A stretch of DNA of 63,445 nt, the filler included, from Octopus bimaculoides (Eukaryota): assembly GCF_001194135.2 (NCBI RefSeq). It is 7 parts of 5 records of this genome, joined end to end, with 100 filler letters (N's around TTAATTAATTAA, not from the genome) between each part and the next. Parts side by side here need not be neighbours in the genome. Positions count along the whole stretch, not along the records: positions 17,974 to 25,589 come from NC_068982.1; positions 25,690 to 29,466 come from NC_068982.1; positions 29,567 to 59,081 come from NC_068985.1; 4 more parts are not named here. One strand, given 5' to 3'. The notes below the pieces were generated by a model. That model was not told the DNA's origin and searched no databases. It worked only from the letters and a program-made list of their open reading frames with translations. Positions 22,187-36,045 of this stretch are shown piece after piece (the first letter of the stretch is position 1; each line of letters starts with the position of its first letter). The position numbers and the translations under genes were made by a program.

Positions 22187-24222
22187 TGTACTCAAAATTC
22201 GTGTAATTCCACATTCCGTGTCTTTATTTCACTCAACCTGTGTATCCAACTCAATGATTTAACTAGATCTTATTTTCTGGCAATCAGAAACTATATTCTA
22301 ACAACAACTAATGGATATTCTCAGCTAATGTACTAATTTTAAAATTGTTCTGTTCACTCTTATGCTACTCTTACACCCACATGTAACCAAATATATACTT
22401 TTCATTGAACTTGCAATTTTAAATATTAATTTCTTATTGTTACAAGAATGAAATTCATTATTCTGGCTACTATTAGCAAACGTATACATCTAAAGCGAAC
22501 TCACTGCTCTCGTCATGTTTGTATCTTATAATTTATAAACATACAAATCTGAAACCCATCATACTTAGTTGATTTATAACCATTACTTACATTACATTTC
22601 ATTCTTCTTACTTCTCCCCCGCTGTTCTTAGCATGACCCATTCCTCCCCACAAAATCTGTATTGACATACCAAGCAGCTAGAGATTAATAGGTAAATTTT
22701 ATCTTGTACTTCACCCCTACTCTGAAACTCTAGTTTCCTTTACATAATCCACCCCAGGTATCAAGTGTCGCTAACTGGTAATTCTATTCTGATAACCCCA
22801 TACATCGTTGTTATTCTATATATGGCCTTTTTCACATAATCCCACTTAGCAGCCTCCTTCCCTACTCATACCAGCACTAGCCATTTCATCAGCATATTTT
22901 CCTCTAAATCTTGAAATCTATACGTTATAATTGTTAGTTTCTATCTGAATTCCGCTTTAACCTTACATCCCCTGTCTCTCTTCTTTTAAGCTCACCTCTC
23001 AATACCACTCACTACTATTATATCGCTTCTTCCTACTGCGGCTCTAATACATTCTTTCTCCAATGATGAAAGAAATTCCAATATGATACTGCAATATAAT
23101 AGCGTATTCAGAAAAATGCACCTTCTGCGCATCTATTCTTGAAACAGCTGTAAGGGGCTATCTGCACACCCCCTTCCTTCCTTCCTTCCTTCCTTCTTAC
23201 CTTCCTCCTTTCTTGTTATTCAGCTTTGGACTCTATCTACAATGACCAGATTTACTTAATATCAATAATTCGGACTTAGTGTATAACTGTTCCGGGAGAA
23301 TACGAGCATATACCATAACATTCCTCAACTGATCTTGTATCAGTTTTTCGTGATCTAAATTCCTGTAACATTCAATTCTAACCTCATGTTCGGTCAATGT
23401 TAAAATATATAAATGTCTCAATTTCAAATGATACTACTTGTTTGCCAATTTATACTATTCTCCCTATTATACACTTCCTAAAACCAATCCCCATTAGGCA
23501 GCTATAACGTCTCTGTATTTTTTGTTGCAGTTCAAGTTGGAGTTGAGGTCGCAAGTCAACCCGTTCACTAATTGTATATACCTATTACTTTACGCCATCG
23601 GATGTAATATTAACTGGATTTCATATACTTGTATATATATATATACATACATATGCACGTACACATATATATGTATGTGGTTGGATAAATGGATATATGA
23701 CTATGTGTCAATAGATGTCGTTATCAGTGTTAGTATCATGGATATTTGTCTGCCTGTCCATATCAAGTGTGAATCAGTAAATTTATGTGCAAGTACAAAA
23801 GGTATGAAGGTAATACGTTCATTTATGAGTGTGTGTGCGCGTTTGTATTGTGTGTAGGTGTTTGTGTATTTGCTGTTATTAATTGTGAATAAAAATCTTG
23901 GATCGATACAAAATTAGCTAATGCAATTGGTCATCGAAGCTAGAGTGGAAGTAATAAAAGCTGGAAACACTAGCATGGCGTTAAACACTTGCTTCAATAA
24001 TGAGGCAAATCATGTGAGCTGTGTTTTCATTTCATGCAGAAACACGCGTGGCGTATAACTGGACATTATCTCTAGGCAAGATCGCATGATAGTTGCTTCC
24101 GGAGGGCGATGGCAGCAACTGATGGTTTAGAATAGAAACAGAGGAGGAAAACTGAAAGAAATGGAGACGGAGTGAGAGAGTTTATATGAGGTGGAGGAGA
24201 GGTTTGAGTCACAAAGAAATAT

Positions 24223-24293
<71 letters not shown>

Positions 24294-24651
24294 TGGGAGG
24301 GAGAAGGAAAAAAGATTTGTGGGGTTAAGAGGGCCACGTATTATGAGAAAGCAACAAGGGGAATAGAACAAAGAGATAAAAGGAATGACAACATGGAGCA
24401 GAGGAAGAATGAAAAGAATAAATTTTAAAAAATGTACGAAAATAAAATATCAACAGTCCTTCGGATTGAAAATGTATGTCTATCTTTCTGCGTGTTGCGA
24501 GGGTTCGGATCAATATTTGAATATTTATGGAACAATGAAAGATTTAAATCTTCATAAAACAAACGCACTTCTTCATCCTCACGCACAAATACAAACATCA
24601 ATGTGAGACATACCCATATACATTTATATGTACATGATCCCTTCTCTTTTC

Positions 24652-24683
<32 letters not shown>

Positions 24684-25167
24684 GTCTGTCTGTCATGATA
24701 TATCTATTTGCTCACATACCCATGTATGCTTACATGCAGACACACACGCATATGAACAAGGATGTCAAGTTACATGCAAAGATAAGCAAATTCGGAGCTA
24801 TTTATGTATATATGCACACATAAACAAATAATATGCATTTATTGATGTACTGATAAGTTACTTATGGAAGCACTTAGATATATAAACATTTACGTTGGAA
24901 CAAAAGAGATTTAGGAATATATTCAGTGTGAACGATAGATTGATTTCTTAGAGAGACAAACGAGAAATATGTCTGCCCTATGTCGCACATCGCCAATTAA
25001 ATATGGAGCAAAATGACCAACTTACACATTAAATTAAATACAAATTCTGAAATACTCATATAGATGAGTATATCAGACAGAAAATTCCATGAACAAATAC
25101 TCTGCTTGGGTGGTGGATTGGTTTAGACGTTAGTATCTGATAGATTAATTTGCGTAATAGGTTACTT

Positions 25168-25550
25168 GTGCAACCTGTATTAATTTTGCTTTTAGGTTCT
25201 AATTGCTAATAAGCCACCCTTTTTAATTTGTTGTTTACACTTTTACCGTTTTGGAGATTAGCATATGTCTTTAGTGGTTTATCTTATAAGATTGTCAGAG
25301 GTAGTTGAGTTTAATCCTAGGCTGATGAAGATTAAGATGATCTGCATAAAAATCCGAAATCGCGATCCGGCTATGTACGTTGGGGACTTACCTCCCTTTG
25401 TCAGTCACTTCTGGAACTGCGTTTTGGCCTTTGAGTTAGTTTGAGCCTTATCTTTAGCAAAAGCGGTGCCAGTCAATAGCCTCTGTCACGTTTGTGACCT
25501 CTATTAATTTTGCCTTTAGGTTCTAATTGCAAATAAGCCACCCTTTTTAA
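25168..25550 (+). mobile_element. Direct-repeat-bounded ~324 bp unit with a type I hammerhead-like core (Penelope pLTR or retrozyme-like)
   Basis: ~58 bp direct repeats at ~25168-25226 and ~25493-25550; CTGATGA 25322-25328, GAAA 25356-25359, palindromic ATCGCGAT, then C. Confidence 0.6.
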
Positions 25551-25551
25551 A

Positions 25552-25589
<38 letters not shown>

Positions 25590-26297
25590 NNNNNNNNNNN
25601 NNNNNNNNNNNNNNNNNNNNNNNNNNNNNNNNNTTAATTAATTAANNNNNNNNNNNNNNNNNNNNNNNNNNNNNNNNNNNNNNNNNNNNATATAACAAAC
25701 ATACACAAAAAATTGGACTGCGTATATATGTGTATACAAAAATGTATATTAGCATCACGTATATAGATATATATATATATGGGGATATGTACGCAAATAC
25801 TCACAACTATAACTGTATACATGCGTATGCACACATTCAAGTATGTGTGAGCGTAAACCTGAGCGCACATTCCGATATATAACATAGATGAACACACGCG
25901 AATAAATGCATGTATTTGTAAATAAATATAAGCATACACTATTACCCATGCATACACAAAAACGCGCACACACGAAATCATAACTGTATGTGCACAAGTG
26001 TAAACCTAGGCTCAATACGTAAGCATAAACGGACAGATACGAATACGTAAGCATTGTTACAATACAGACATCCACATAAAAAAAATAACTTTTAGGTCTC
26101 AGCGTATATATGTAGTCAACATTTTAAGAAATTGCTGGGTATATAAAAGTTAAAATCGGGCGAAAATACATGCATAATAAAATTCCATATGTCGAACCGT
26201 CCATAAAAACGGTTGGTGAACTGCTAACTTCGAGACATAGTGGGGCACAATACTCGATTTAACAACAAATGTAAGCACAAACGCATATTAGGTGAAA

Positions 26298-26385
26298 GAA
26301 TGATTCTGTGGTTGAGAAGTTTGATTCCCAACCACGTAGTTCCACGTTCAGTCTCTCTGCAGGGTACCTTGGGCAAATTTTTCCT
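26298..26385 (+). mobile_element. SINE family A head, truncated by a gap
   Basis: CTGTGGTTGAGAAGTTTGATTCCCAACCACGTAGTTCC...CCTTGGGCAAA. Confidence 0.65.
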
Positions 26386-27779
26386 NNNNNNNNNNNNNNN
26401 NNNNNNNNNNNNNNNNNNNNNNNNNNNNNNNNNNNNNNNNNNNNNNNNNNNNNNNNNNNNNNNNNNNNNNNNNNNNNNNNNNNNNNNNNNNNNNNNNNNN
26501 NNNNNNNNNNNNNNNNNNNNNNNNNNNNNNNNNNNNNNNNNNNNNNNNNNNNNNNNNNNNNNNNNNNNNNNNNNNNNNNNNNNNNNNNNNNNNNNNNNNN
26601 NNNNNNNNNNNNNNNNNNNNNNNNNNNNNNNNNNNNNNNNNNNNNNNNNNNNNNNNNNNNNNNNNNNNNNNNNNNNNNNNNNNNNNNNNNNNNNNNNNNN
26701 NNNNNNNNNNNNNNNNNNNNNNNNNNNNNNNNNNNNNNNNNNNNNNNNNNNNNNNNNNNNNNNNNNNNNNNNNNNNNNNNNNNNNNNNNNNNNNNNNNNN
26801 NNNNNNNNNNNNNNNNNNNNNNNNNNNNNNNNNNNNNNNNNNNNNNNNNNNNNNNNNNNNNNNNNNNNNNNNNNNNNNNNNNNNNNNNNNNNNNNNNNNN
26901 NNNNNNNNNNNNNNNNNNNNNNNNNNNNNNNNNNNNNNNNNNNNNNNNNNNNNNNNNNNNNNNNNNNNNNNNNNNNNGATATAGGGTGAAGTGTGTGGCG
27001 TACGATGGTTGATAAACTCTGTTTATTGTATATTGTCCACCGTTTGTCATCCATACTAGCTATACATATGCTTGAAGCTTACTAACTTCCTATACCGATA
27101 TCTTTGGTCGGTACTTACTTAACATTGCTTGTGTGCTAAAGCCGTGATATCGTAACTCTTGTTATATAACAGTAAATCTACCTCCAAAGTATCACAAATC
27201 AAGATCTCTAATAGAGGATCTCTCTATCTGGTGTGAAGGAACATGATATTTCACAACACAATATAAAATCATATGTTTTTAGCGCTGTGTGACGTCTTTT
27301 GGTTCCGAAACATTTAAGAAATATCAAACGTGATCCACGCATGCACGATCAGAAGCGTATTGACGACACATAAACAGTTAAAACTGGTATCCTGGATTCA
27401 TATATATACGGAATGCCTGGCCTAATCAGCTGTCGTTATCTCACGTTTCAACATCTTTTCCACGCTCTTTTCGAATGCCGTATCCTGTATATTCTTCTCT
27501 ATTTAATTATGTACAATATTTTCTCCATAAAGATTGCTGTTCCTCTATACAGCTTCTATCTATACTTCCTCCCACTAACGAACCATATCATTCAATATAT
27601 TTTCAATATCGCACGATATGTTATTATATTAATGAAAACCAAGTATTTTACATTAATGTTTGTTATATACATATGTAATTGTATATAAACACGTATTGTC
27701 ACAAGTATATAAAAATGGTAGACATGGATTCATTTAGAATCATACCAAGATAAAGAAACACAGACAGATACTCATACCT

Positions 27780-27925
27780 TCTTACCTACCTACCTACCTA
27801 CCTACCTACCTACCTGCCTGTCTGCTTACCTACTTACCTACCTACCTACCTACCTACCTACCTACGTGCCTGTCTGCCTGCCTACCCACCCACACACCCA
27901 CCTACCTACCTACCTACCTACCTAC
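27780..27925. repeat. (CCTA)n compound tetranucleotide array
   Basis: Direct sequence. Confidence 0.9.
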
Positions 27926-29108
27926 TCAGCCACCTACATACTTATGTATCTCCATTTTAATACTAGTAGGGGAATACATATCATCTTTAGGGAATTACAT
28001 TAGAGAATGTGTCACTGTCTGTCTGTCTGTCTCAATTCACCAATCTCGCTCTAATCTATTCTCTCATCCCTGTCCAATTTTCATCCCACGATCCTATCTT
28101 TTAATTTCTTCTCTAAACGTATTGAAACTGATGATAGATTGGAATGCTTAGCAAAAAAGGGAGGTTTTCATTACTCTTAAAGATCACAATTTCTCTAATT
28201 AACCCACTTATTTCTGTATTATTAGGTCTGCCGTTATAAACAGCCTTTTCAAACACTAATGAGCCATAGCGCAGATAACTCGTATATATTACGGAAAAAA
28301 TGTACTGAAATATACTGGGAAACTAAAGGAAATATGTAAGACTGATTTTCACATTTAAAAAAAAAAAAAACAATAACAATCGAAGGTTTTCTTAAATACT
28401 TCATGTAGTGAGAAATAAAGTATATTAATTTAACTTACATGTGAATAGAGGGAATTAATGTTAAACCTTAATTAAACGGGTTCTATTGAAGGTGGCGGAA
28501 ATTCTGAAATATTAATTAGGATTCAAAATTTATTTGCATAATGTTATCCTTGAGATATTCAATCAGTAAATCCCTCTTGTAAACACATGATGACTGATAC
28601 GATTTCTGTTCATCACAGATATCCTATCACTCTATATCGCTACTACCCAGAGCATAAATATAACATAAAACCTTTATATTTTAAGTGCACCAATTTTCGC
28701 AACTTCACAACAGCTGTGTTAAGTAAACGTGATTCTCAGTAAAATAATTATAGAATAATTTCCATTTATAATCCATCCTTTCGTATAGATATATATAAGT
28801 ATAATTTTCATATTTTTCTTCTTATTTTAATATTTAAAGTGTTTCAGTATAATTAACTTTTTTTTTTCATTTGTATTACTAACTAAATGTTTGTCAAAAT
28901 ATGAAATTCAGATTTCTAAAAGTTACTTATTTATATGGTTTCTGCTTCACGTGCTTTAGAAAGATCATATATACATATATGTGCATACCCTTCTATACAT
29001 GAATACTCACATGTGTGAATAGGCATTGATATTCAGCTATATATTTATCTATACAAACACATAGACACATATACAAGCACATTTAATACATATACATCTG
29101 CATATATG

Positions 29109-29326
29109 CGAGGGTTTCAGAAGAGTTCCTGGCTTCGGGTTAAAGAAATACAGGAAGATGAGTTAATTATGATTTTATTCGACGTGTTCCTCTCTCAGAT
29201 TCACACACTTAGTGCAGCTGTTGTTCAGTTTTTCTAAGCCCTGTAAAAGAACTCGGAAGTTTGGGCCTCCAACCAAGCCTTCGCGACGCACTTAAAGCCA
29301 GGAACTTTTCAGCATACACACTCATG
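29109..29326. mobile_element. Mariner-type MITE, diverged copy of 35678-35895
   Basis: Collinear interior (TTAATTA.GATTTTATTC...CCCTGTAAAAGAACTCGGAAG) and eroded TIRs. Confidence 0.8.
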
Positions 29327-29566
29327 TATATATACATATACATATACTTACATACACAATATATATACATGCATGTATACTTATGCATACATATACGCAA
29401 ACATATAGATGTATATATATATGTATACATATATACATACATACTTTTATATATATATATATATATNNNNNNNNNNNNNNNNNNNNNNNNNNNNNNNNNN
29501 NNNNNNNNNNTTAATTAATTAANNNNNNNNNNNNNNNNNNNNNNNNNNNNNNNNNNNNNNNNNNNN

Positions 29567-29655
<89 letters not shown>

Positions 29656-29662
29656 CAACAAC

Positions 29663-29732
<70 letters not shown>

Positions 29733-29733
29733 G
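29567..29733. repeat. (TAA)n array with a short (CAA)n insert
   Basis: Direct sequence. Confidence 0.95.
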
Positions 29734-30001
29734 GCAAACAAATTGAAAAAAAATACTATGTAGAAAACACCCAGAAATCTGAAAATTAAGATGTATGAAA
29801 CGAGACCAACTAATGCAGTTCTCATGGCAACAAACATATCGATAGCTTTGGAAAATCAATAGTTTTGTCAACGTGAACCCGATATCTCAAGCATTATTTA
29901 ATCAAATAATCCTAGCTCTTCGAAAACATTAAGACGATCAGTAATTTTACATGCGGAAAACAACAACAACGCGACTTTTGCAGTGTATCTACCTCCACTA
30001 A

Positions 30002-30381
30002 GTGAAGGCGCAATGGCCCAGTGGTTAGCGCAGCGGACTCGCGGTCATAGGATCGCGGTTTCGATTCCCAGACCGGGCGTTGTGAGTGTTTATTGAGCGA
30101 AAAAAACCTAAAGCTCCACGAGGCTCCGGCAGGGGATGGTGGCGACCCCTGCTGTACTCTTTCACCACAACTTTCTCTCACTCTTACTTCCTGTTGTACC
30201 TGTAATTTAAAGGGCCAGCCTTGTCATACTGTGTCACGCTGAATATCCCCGAGAACTACGTTAAGGGTACACGTGTCTGTGGAGTGCTCAGCCACTTGCA
30301 CGTTAATTTCACGAGCAGACTGTTCCGTTGATTGGATCAATTGGAACCCTCGACGTCGTAAGCGACGGAGTGCCAACAACC
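30002..30381 (+). mobile_element. SINE family B, full length, with TSD
   Basis: Head and (AAC) tail as at 13827; flanks ACCTCCACTAAGTG and ACCTCCAGTAAGTG. Confidence 0.9.
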
Positions 30382-30606
30382 TCCAGTAAGTGTCAAATGG
30401 AAGGATCGCACGCCTAATAAAGCGGCAAAAATTGTACGCATCCATATATATATAACTGCAGACTTGAAGAGTAAACTAAGATCAACATGAATTACTGGTT
30501 AAGGTGATTTTTTTTTTTTGTTAGCAGGCTATTGTATAATAAATCAAAACTTTTATTCAACAACCCCGGCAATATTAAGGATTGTGAATACACTACAAAC
30601 GAAGGA

Positions 30607-31035
30607 ATAGCTGTGCAGTTAAGAGGCTCACTTTGTAGCCATGTGGTTTCGAGTCCATGCTCACGGCATGGCACTTTCATCTGGTGTTTTCTATTTTTCC
30701 CTTGGGCTGACTACTGCCTTGAGGGTGGATTTCGTTGAAACTGTGTAGTAGCTCACCGTGTACTATATGTGTGTGTGTGGGGGGGGGAGTATATGTGTGT
30801 GCATATGTGTGCGTGCATGCTTGTGTGTGCATGTGTGTGTGTGTGTGTGTTTGATCCTGCCACCGCTTTATAACCGTTGTTGGTTTATATACGTCCCCGT
30901 AACTTAATCGTCCAGTAAAAGAGCCCGATCAAGTACCATATTTAAAAATAAGCTATGGGGTCTATTTGTTCGAGTAAAACCTTTCAAGGCGGTTCTCCAG
31001 CATGGTCGCAGTCCAATGACTGAAACAAGTAACAG
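30607..31035 (+). mobile_element. Diverged SINE family A
   Basis: Degenerate head, TG middle, tail CTCCAGCATGGTCGCAGTCCAATGACTGAAACAAGTAA. Confidence 0.7.
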
Positions 31036-31982
31036 TTAAAAACAACTCAAGCACTATTCTCCTCTAAACTTCTACATAGTAATGCTACACTGTACTATAC
31101 TAAAAGCAACAGGACAAAAACTAAAATACAAAAAAAAAAAAAATTGCATGGAATAAAAATTCACATTTTAGAAAATTAAATATCAAATTTGCCAAAAGAG
31201 TATAACATGAAGCATTAATAATAAGAAAAAAAACGAATCATATAAAACATTTTAAAAATTCAAACGAAGAATTAGAATACTTCCAGTCTTTCAAAAATCC
31301 GTAAACTGCTTAAAACACAAGAGAACGATTTACAGTCCTCATTTATTTCTGTTTTGTTCATTTTTGAATGTTTGGACCAGAGAAAGTGACTTCGAGAAAG
31401 GTGAGATTAGCGTGTTGGGTTTCTTTAATCGAAGGCTGCTGTGAAATACGGGAAAGGTAAGAATTCAATTGGCCAGCAGTCAGGGAAGACAGAGCATAAC
31501 TTAGTACTTCTGCGAAACATATGGGATAAGAAGTGGAGAGATGAGTGAATCGCAAGTGCCTAGAATTACTACAAGTGGTACTATTAGAGACAGTTCTGTA
31601 AAAAGATACTGATATAGTTAGCTGTACAAAAGTGAGAGTGGAGACAAAATATCTACGATAGTAACATATAAGACAATCCGTTTGGTACTGCTCTAGGGTT
31701 AAACAACAAAAGTATCAACTATAATTACTAGAAATTTTTAACATTTTAGCAATATATGTAAATTTTTTACATACAAAGATACACACTCATATGATCGCAG
31801 AAAGTCAATGTTTGAGTTCCAGCGCAGCTAATATTATGACTGCCCAAATAGCTATATATATATTAGAACACACGCTCATACAAAGCTCTTAAACACACAT
31901 ATCCATGCACACGCACGTGTACATCTCTTACACACACATGCATATATATGTATGTGTGTGCGTGTATGCATGTATATATGTG

Positions 31983-32055
<73 letters not shown>

Positions 32056-32256
32056 ATAAGGGTGATGAATAATTACAACGCCTGTCTGCCAGAAAGAGAC
32101 CCCCAAATGATTTATAGACCATTTCGGGTCTATTTCTAGCAGATATAAATGAACTATTATGATATTATTAGTATGCTGGCCACTGATAATGACTTTATCC
32201 TAATTATGTATAAAAATATATATGCGTGTGTGTATGTATAGATAGATTGAGATAGA

Positions 32257-32633
32257 TGGCACTCCATCGGTTACGACGACGAGGGTTCCAGTTGGTCCGA
32301 TCAACGGAACAGCCTGCTCATGAAATTAACGTGCAAGTGGCTGAGCACTCCACAAACACGTGTACCCTTAACGTAGTTCTCGGGATATTCAACGTGATAC
32401 AGTGTGACAAGGCTGACCATTTGAATTACAGGCGCAACAGAAACAGGAAGAAAGAGTGAGAGAAAGTTGTGGTGAAAGAGTACAGCAGGCTTCGCCACCA
32501 CCCCTTGCCGGAGCCTCGTGGAGCTTTTAGGTGTTTTTGCTCAATAAACACTCACAACGTCCAGTCTGGGAATCGAAACAGCGATCCTACGACCGCGTGT
32601 CCGCTGCCCTAACCACTGGGCCATTGCGCCTCC
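32257..32633 (-). mobile_element. SINE family B, full length
   Basis: Collinear with 13827-14215. Confidence 0.9.
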
Positions 32634-33093
32634 TCTATATATATGACTGACCATGGGATTGCACCTAGAAGTCCGGGCAAGTTTGTTGTTTATGGAAGAC
32701 CAGCAGTCGCCCATGCATCCCACCATACCCTCTCCACGTCACCAAGGGAAAAGCAAAGGGCCCGGTACAGCTTTGCACTTGTGACGTGCGCCTTCACACG
32801 TGTATAGTATGAAAAGGTTAATCATATGCCACAAGCCGATAAAGCTTCCATCATAGATAAACCACACTATAACCACAGAAAATAGAGATTCAGTGCGTAA
32901 GCTTCTTTCCTTTGGTACTCACAACGGCGTGGCTTCAACTTCATCAGGACTCCATGAAAACTATGTGATAAATGCGTTGTTGTTACGCAGTGTGTCTTGA
33001 GAATTTTAAACTCGGCGAAGTTCATCCCACCCCAGATATAAAGAAACTCATTTTCTTCTACTTCTACGGAGTGTCTGTGAAAAACAGAGAGAG

Positions 33094-33152
<59 letters not shown>

Positions 33153-34082
33153 AGGAGAAGGAAAGAGAGAGAATGACAGAGAAAGAAAGAGAGAGAAGAG
33201 AGAGAGAGAGAAATGAAAACTTGTCCCCGGTGTATAATATCGAGTCTGAAAGACTAAGTTGACTTCGGTGGGATTAGCGCCTGAACGAATTACGCTGTAA
33301 CATCTCTGCTATCTCGCCTCATGTTCATCAACTGAACATGGACTAAATGCAACTTCAATTTATATCTATTTGACTGTACCTTAATACGTTTACCTAATTT
33401 GTTCCGTTCTCTCTTTTTATCCCCTATATTATGTCTGCCTCTCAGGTTTCTCACACTCAACTTCTTTCCAATCATTCCTCTACCGAACATAAATCTCATA
33501 GAGTCCCCCCCATACCTATATTTTCCTTGCAGACGTCAAACTGAAGCTGTTCAAGAACATCACCATTATTTACTATACACGGGGAGCATTCATGTTTGTA
33601 TTTTGTGTGGTGTGTACGTGTGTGTGTTTGTGTGTGTGCGTATATAGATAAATATTTACATCCATCCCATAATGCAGAAGTGTCAACTGCATAAATGTAA
33701 TCACGTTTCTTTATGTTTAAATTCCATGTGCATTTGAAACCCAAACGTTGAGATATACTTGAAAAGCTGTTGTTGAGTAGATGCAGTCGTTTTGAAAAAA
33801 AAAATAAATGAATAACATTTTTCGTTTAAAAAGGAAATTTTCGAATGTATAAGAACTATGTTGTTGTTTTTTTATGAATACACTTTGCTATTATTTTGTC
33901 GTTAACCAGGAAGCTGTTTTGATAAGAAAACTCAACAAGCTTATAGCTTATGTTGTACAAGAATTTAATCGTAAATGTAAACTCTTCAATATATTACTTC
34001 TGCAAATACAACGATTTTTCCTGAATGAATCTGATAAACATCTGATATTTACAGAGAAGATTGAGTGAGTGTATGTGTTTGT

Positions 34083-34140
34083 GCGTGCGTGTGTCTACGC
34101 GTGCGTGTGTCTACGCGTGCGTGTGTCTACGCGTGCGTGC
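34083..34140. repeat. 3 x 16 bp GCGTGCGTGTGTCTAC within a TG tract
   Basis: Direct sequence. Confidence 0.85.
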
Positions 34141-35677
34141 GTGTGTGTGTGTGTGTGTGTATGTGTGTGTTATCATTATTTGTTTTCTTGTAAGAGTCAT
34201 CCCACGGTTAAATGTTGAATAATTGAAAGCATTCTAAGATTAGGCAAAAACATTCCAAAAGTACAAAAATGGAAACAAATAAAAAATAATAATATCAATG
34301 CTAATAATAATACAAGAAATTTCTTCCTTTTTAAACCAACAATGAATTTAATGGAGCCAAAAAGTTATCAAATGGAGAAACAAGTTTAATTTCCTTTGAG
34401 ATTCTTCCATTCCGTTTAAGCGTGACCAATCTATGCTTTTCAAAGTTTCTTCGATAGAATGCCAATTAAGAGACCGGGTTTTGATTAGACAGATCAAACG
34501 CCCTCTTGTAAACCAACTGAAATAAATGCTTGCATTTTAGTGTAAATATTGACATAACATTGGTTGTTTTCCTTCCATCAGTATCTAAATTCTTGTCCGA
34601 CAGCAACTGCGAACATAGACCTACGTCCGGCATTTCCTTCGAGTGTACAACACTAGTCGATAAATGCTGAAAACGAAACGATTCAGGCGTCCCTATTGAC
34701 TTGCGTGAATGAACTTCGGCTCTTGTGTAATGATAGATCCAAACACTGGTGGGGTGAGGGAATTTGAGGTTGGGGTTGATAATTGGAAACCTGATTACTT
34801 CGGTGCATGTCTTGAATGAAACCTTGTATTTTCTATTTGAATAGACACAGTGTCTCCCTTAGGAAAAGCGAAAATATAAAGTGAGAAAGAAAACTTAATC
34901 CAACTTAGCAAAGTCATCCCTACTGCAATAAATAATACGAAAATAAAATGTAAGTAAACTATGTTAATCGTTTTTTTTTGTTTTGTTTTGTTTTGTTTTT
35001 TTTCTGTATTTTTGCTGTTTTCCCTAATTTTACGAAGATAATTGAAGTGATGGTGGCTGGTTGTATTCGTTTCTGAGTTTGCCAAATATTGAGCAAATTT
35101 TATTATGGTGGTAATGTAATATGTTATAATAAAAGTAATGGAAATCTATTAATATCTTTCCTATTTTAGAAGATATTATTATTAATTCATAAAATTCAGT
35201 TTTAAAATGAAAATAAATGAATAGAATAAATTACATACAGTTATACATAAAAACGCTATAATAAAATATATAATATCATCACCGTGTTATAAGAAAATAT
35301 TGAGAAAATCATGAAAACCAATACAGAACACTATTCGTCTCCAGTCTATAATTTATAACAATAAAACTGTGTACGACTTGTGGATCTACATAAAAACGAG
35401 TGCAGACGTCTGAATGTTCTATATAAAGAAAATCATAAATGAGCAAATGTGAGGTAAGGCAGCGTACTGATCATTGTAACCCCATCCTGACCTCGATGGG
35501 TGACGTCGACGGAGTTGATAGTCAGTTGGATCATCTGTTAGTGAATTCCTTCAGAAGAAATGTAGACAAATAATTTTTTCAGTGGGGTGAACTTCTGTGG
35601 CGAAATGACTGGAAAAGCATACTTTATGCATGGGGCATACGAGGGAGTGCGGGAGGAAGGAGATTTTGGGTGCATTA

Positions 35678-35895
35678 CGAGGGGGTGCTGAAAAGCTCCT
35701 GGCTATGGATAAAAGAAAATACAGAAGGGTCAGTTAATTACGATTTTATTCAACATATTCCCCTCTCAGATTCATTCACTTGTTGCAGCGGTCCTTCGGT
35801 TTTTCTAAACCCTGTAAAAGAACTCGGAAGGATGGGCCTCCAGACAGGCCTTTCGTGACACCCTAAAAAACTAGGAACTTTTCAGCACCCCCTCG
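35678..35895. mobile_element. 218 bp MITE with ~24 bp TIRs and TA target duplication (mariner type)
   Basis: TA|CGAGGGGGTGCTGAAAAGCTCCTGG ... CTAGGAACTTTTCAGCACCCCCTCG|TA; no coding capacity. Confidence 0.9.
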
Positions 35896-35934
35896 TACAT
35901 GGATATGGAAGATTTTAGCTCAGGTAAGAGTAGA

Positions 35935-36045
35935 CACATAGTTTAGTGGTTAGAGTATTCGACACACGATCGTAGATCATGAGATCGATAGCCGGAGGCG
36001 CATTGCATTCTTGAGCAAGACATTTCATTTCACTTTGCCCCAGTC
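35935..36045 (+). mobile_element. SINE head of the B2 variant
   Basis: TAGTTTAGTGGTTAGAGTATTCG...TCTTGAGCAAGACATTTCATTTCAC, similar to 47767 and 58190. Confidence 0.5.

Noticed and set aside
29733-29880. Sequence after the TAA array as a sixth R4/Dong fragment
   Set aside because: Only a vague LKIKMYET resemblance to a LINE RT tail; too degraded to call.
30002-30075. SINE heads as functional tRNA genes
   Set aside because: A and B boxes are present, but there is no acceptor stem and each continues into a SINE body.
34470-34665. Minus-strand open frame after a good acceptor (ttcgttttcAG)
   Set aside because: ~66 codons with no recognisable homology and no partner exons; compatible with chance.
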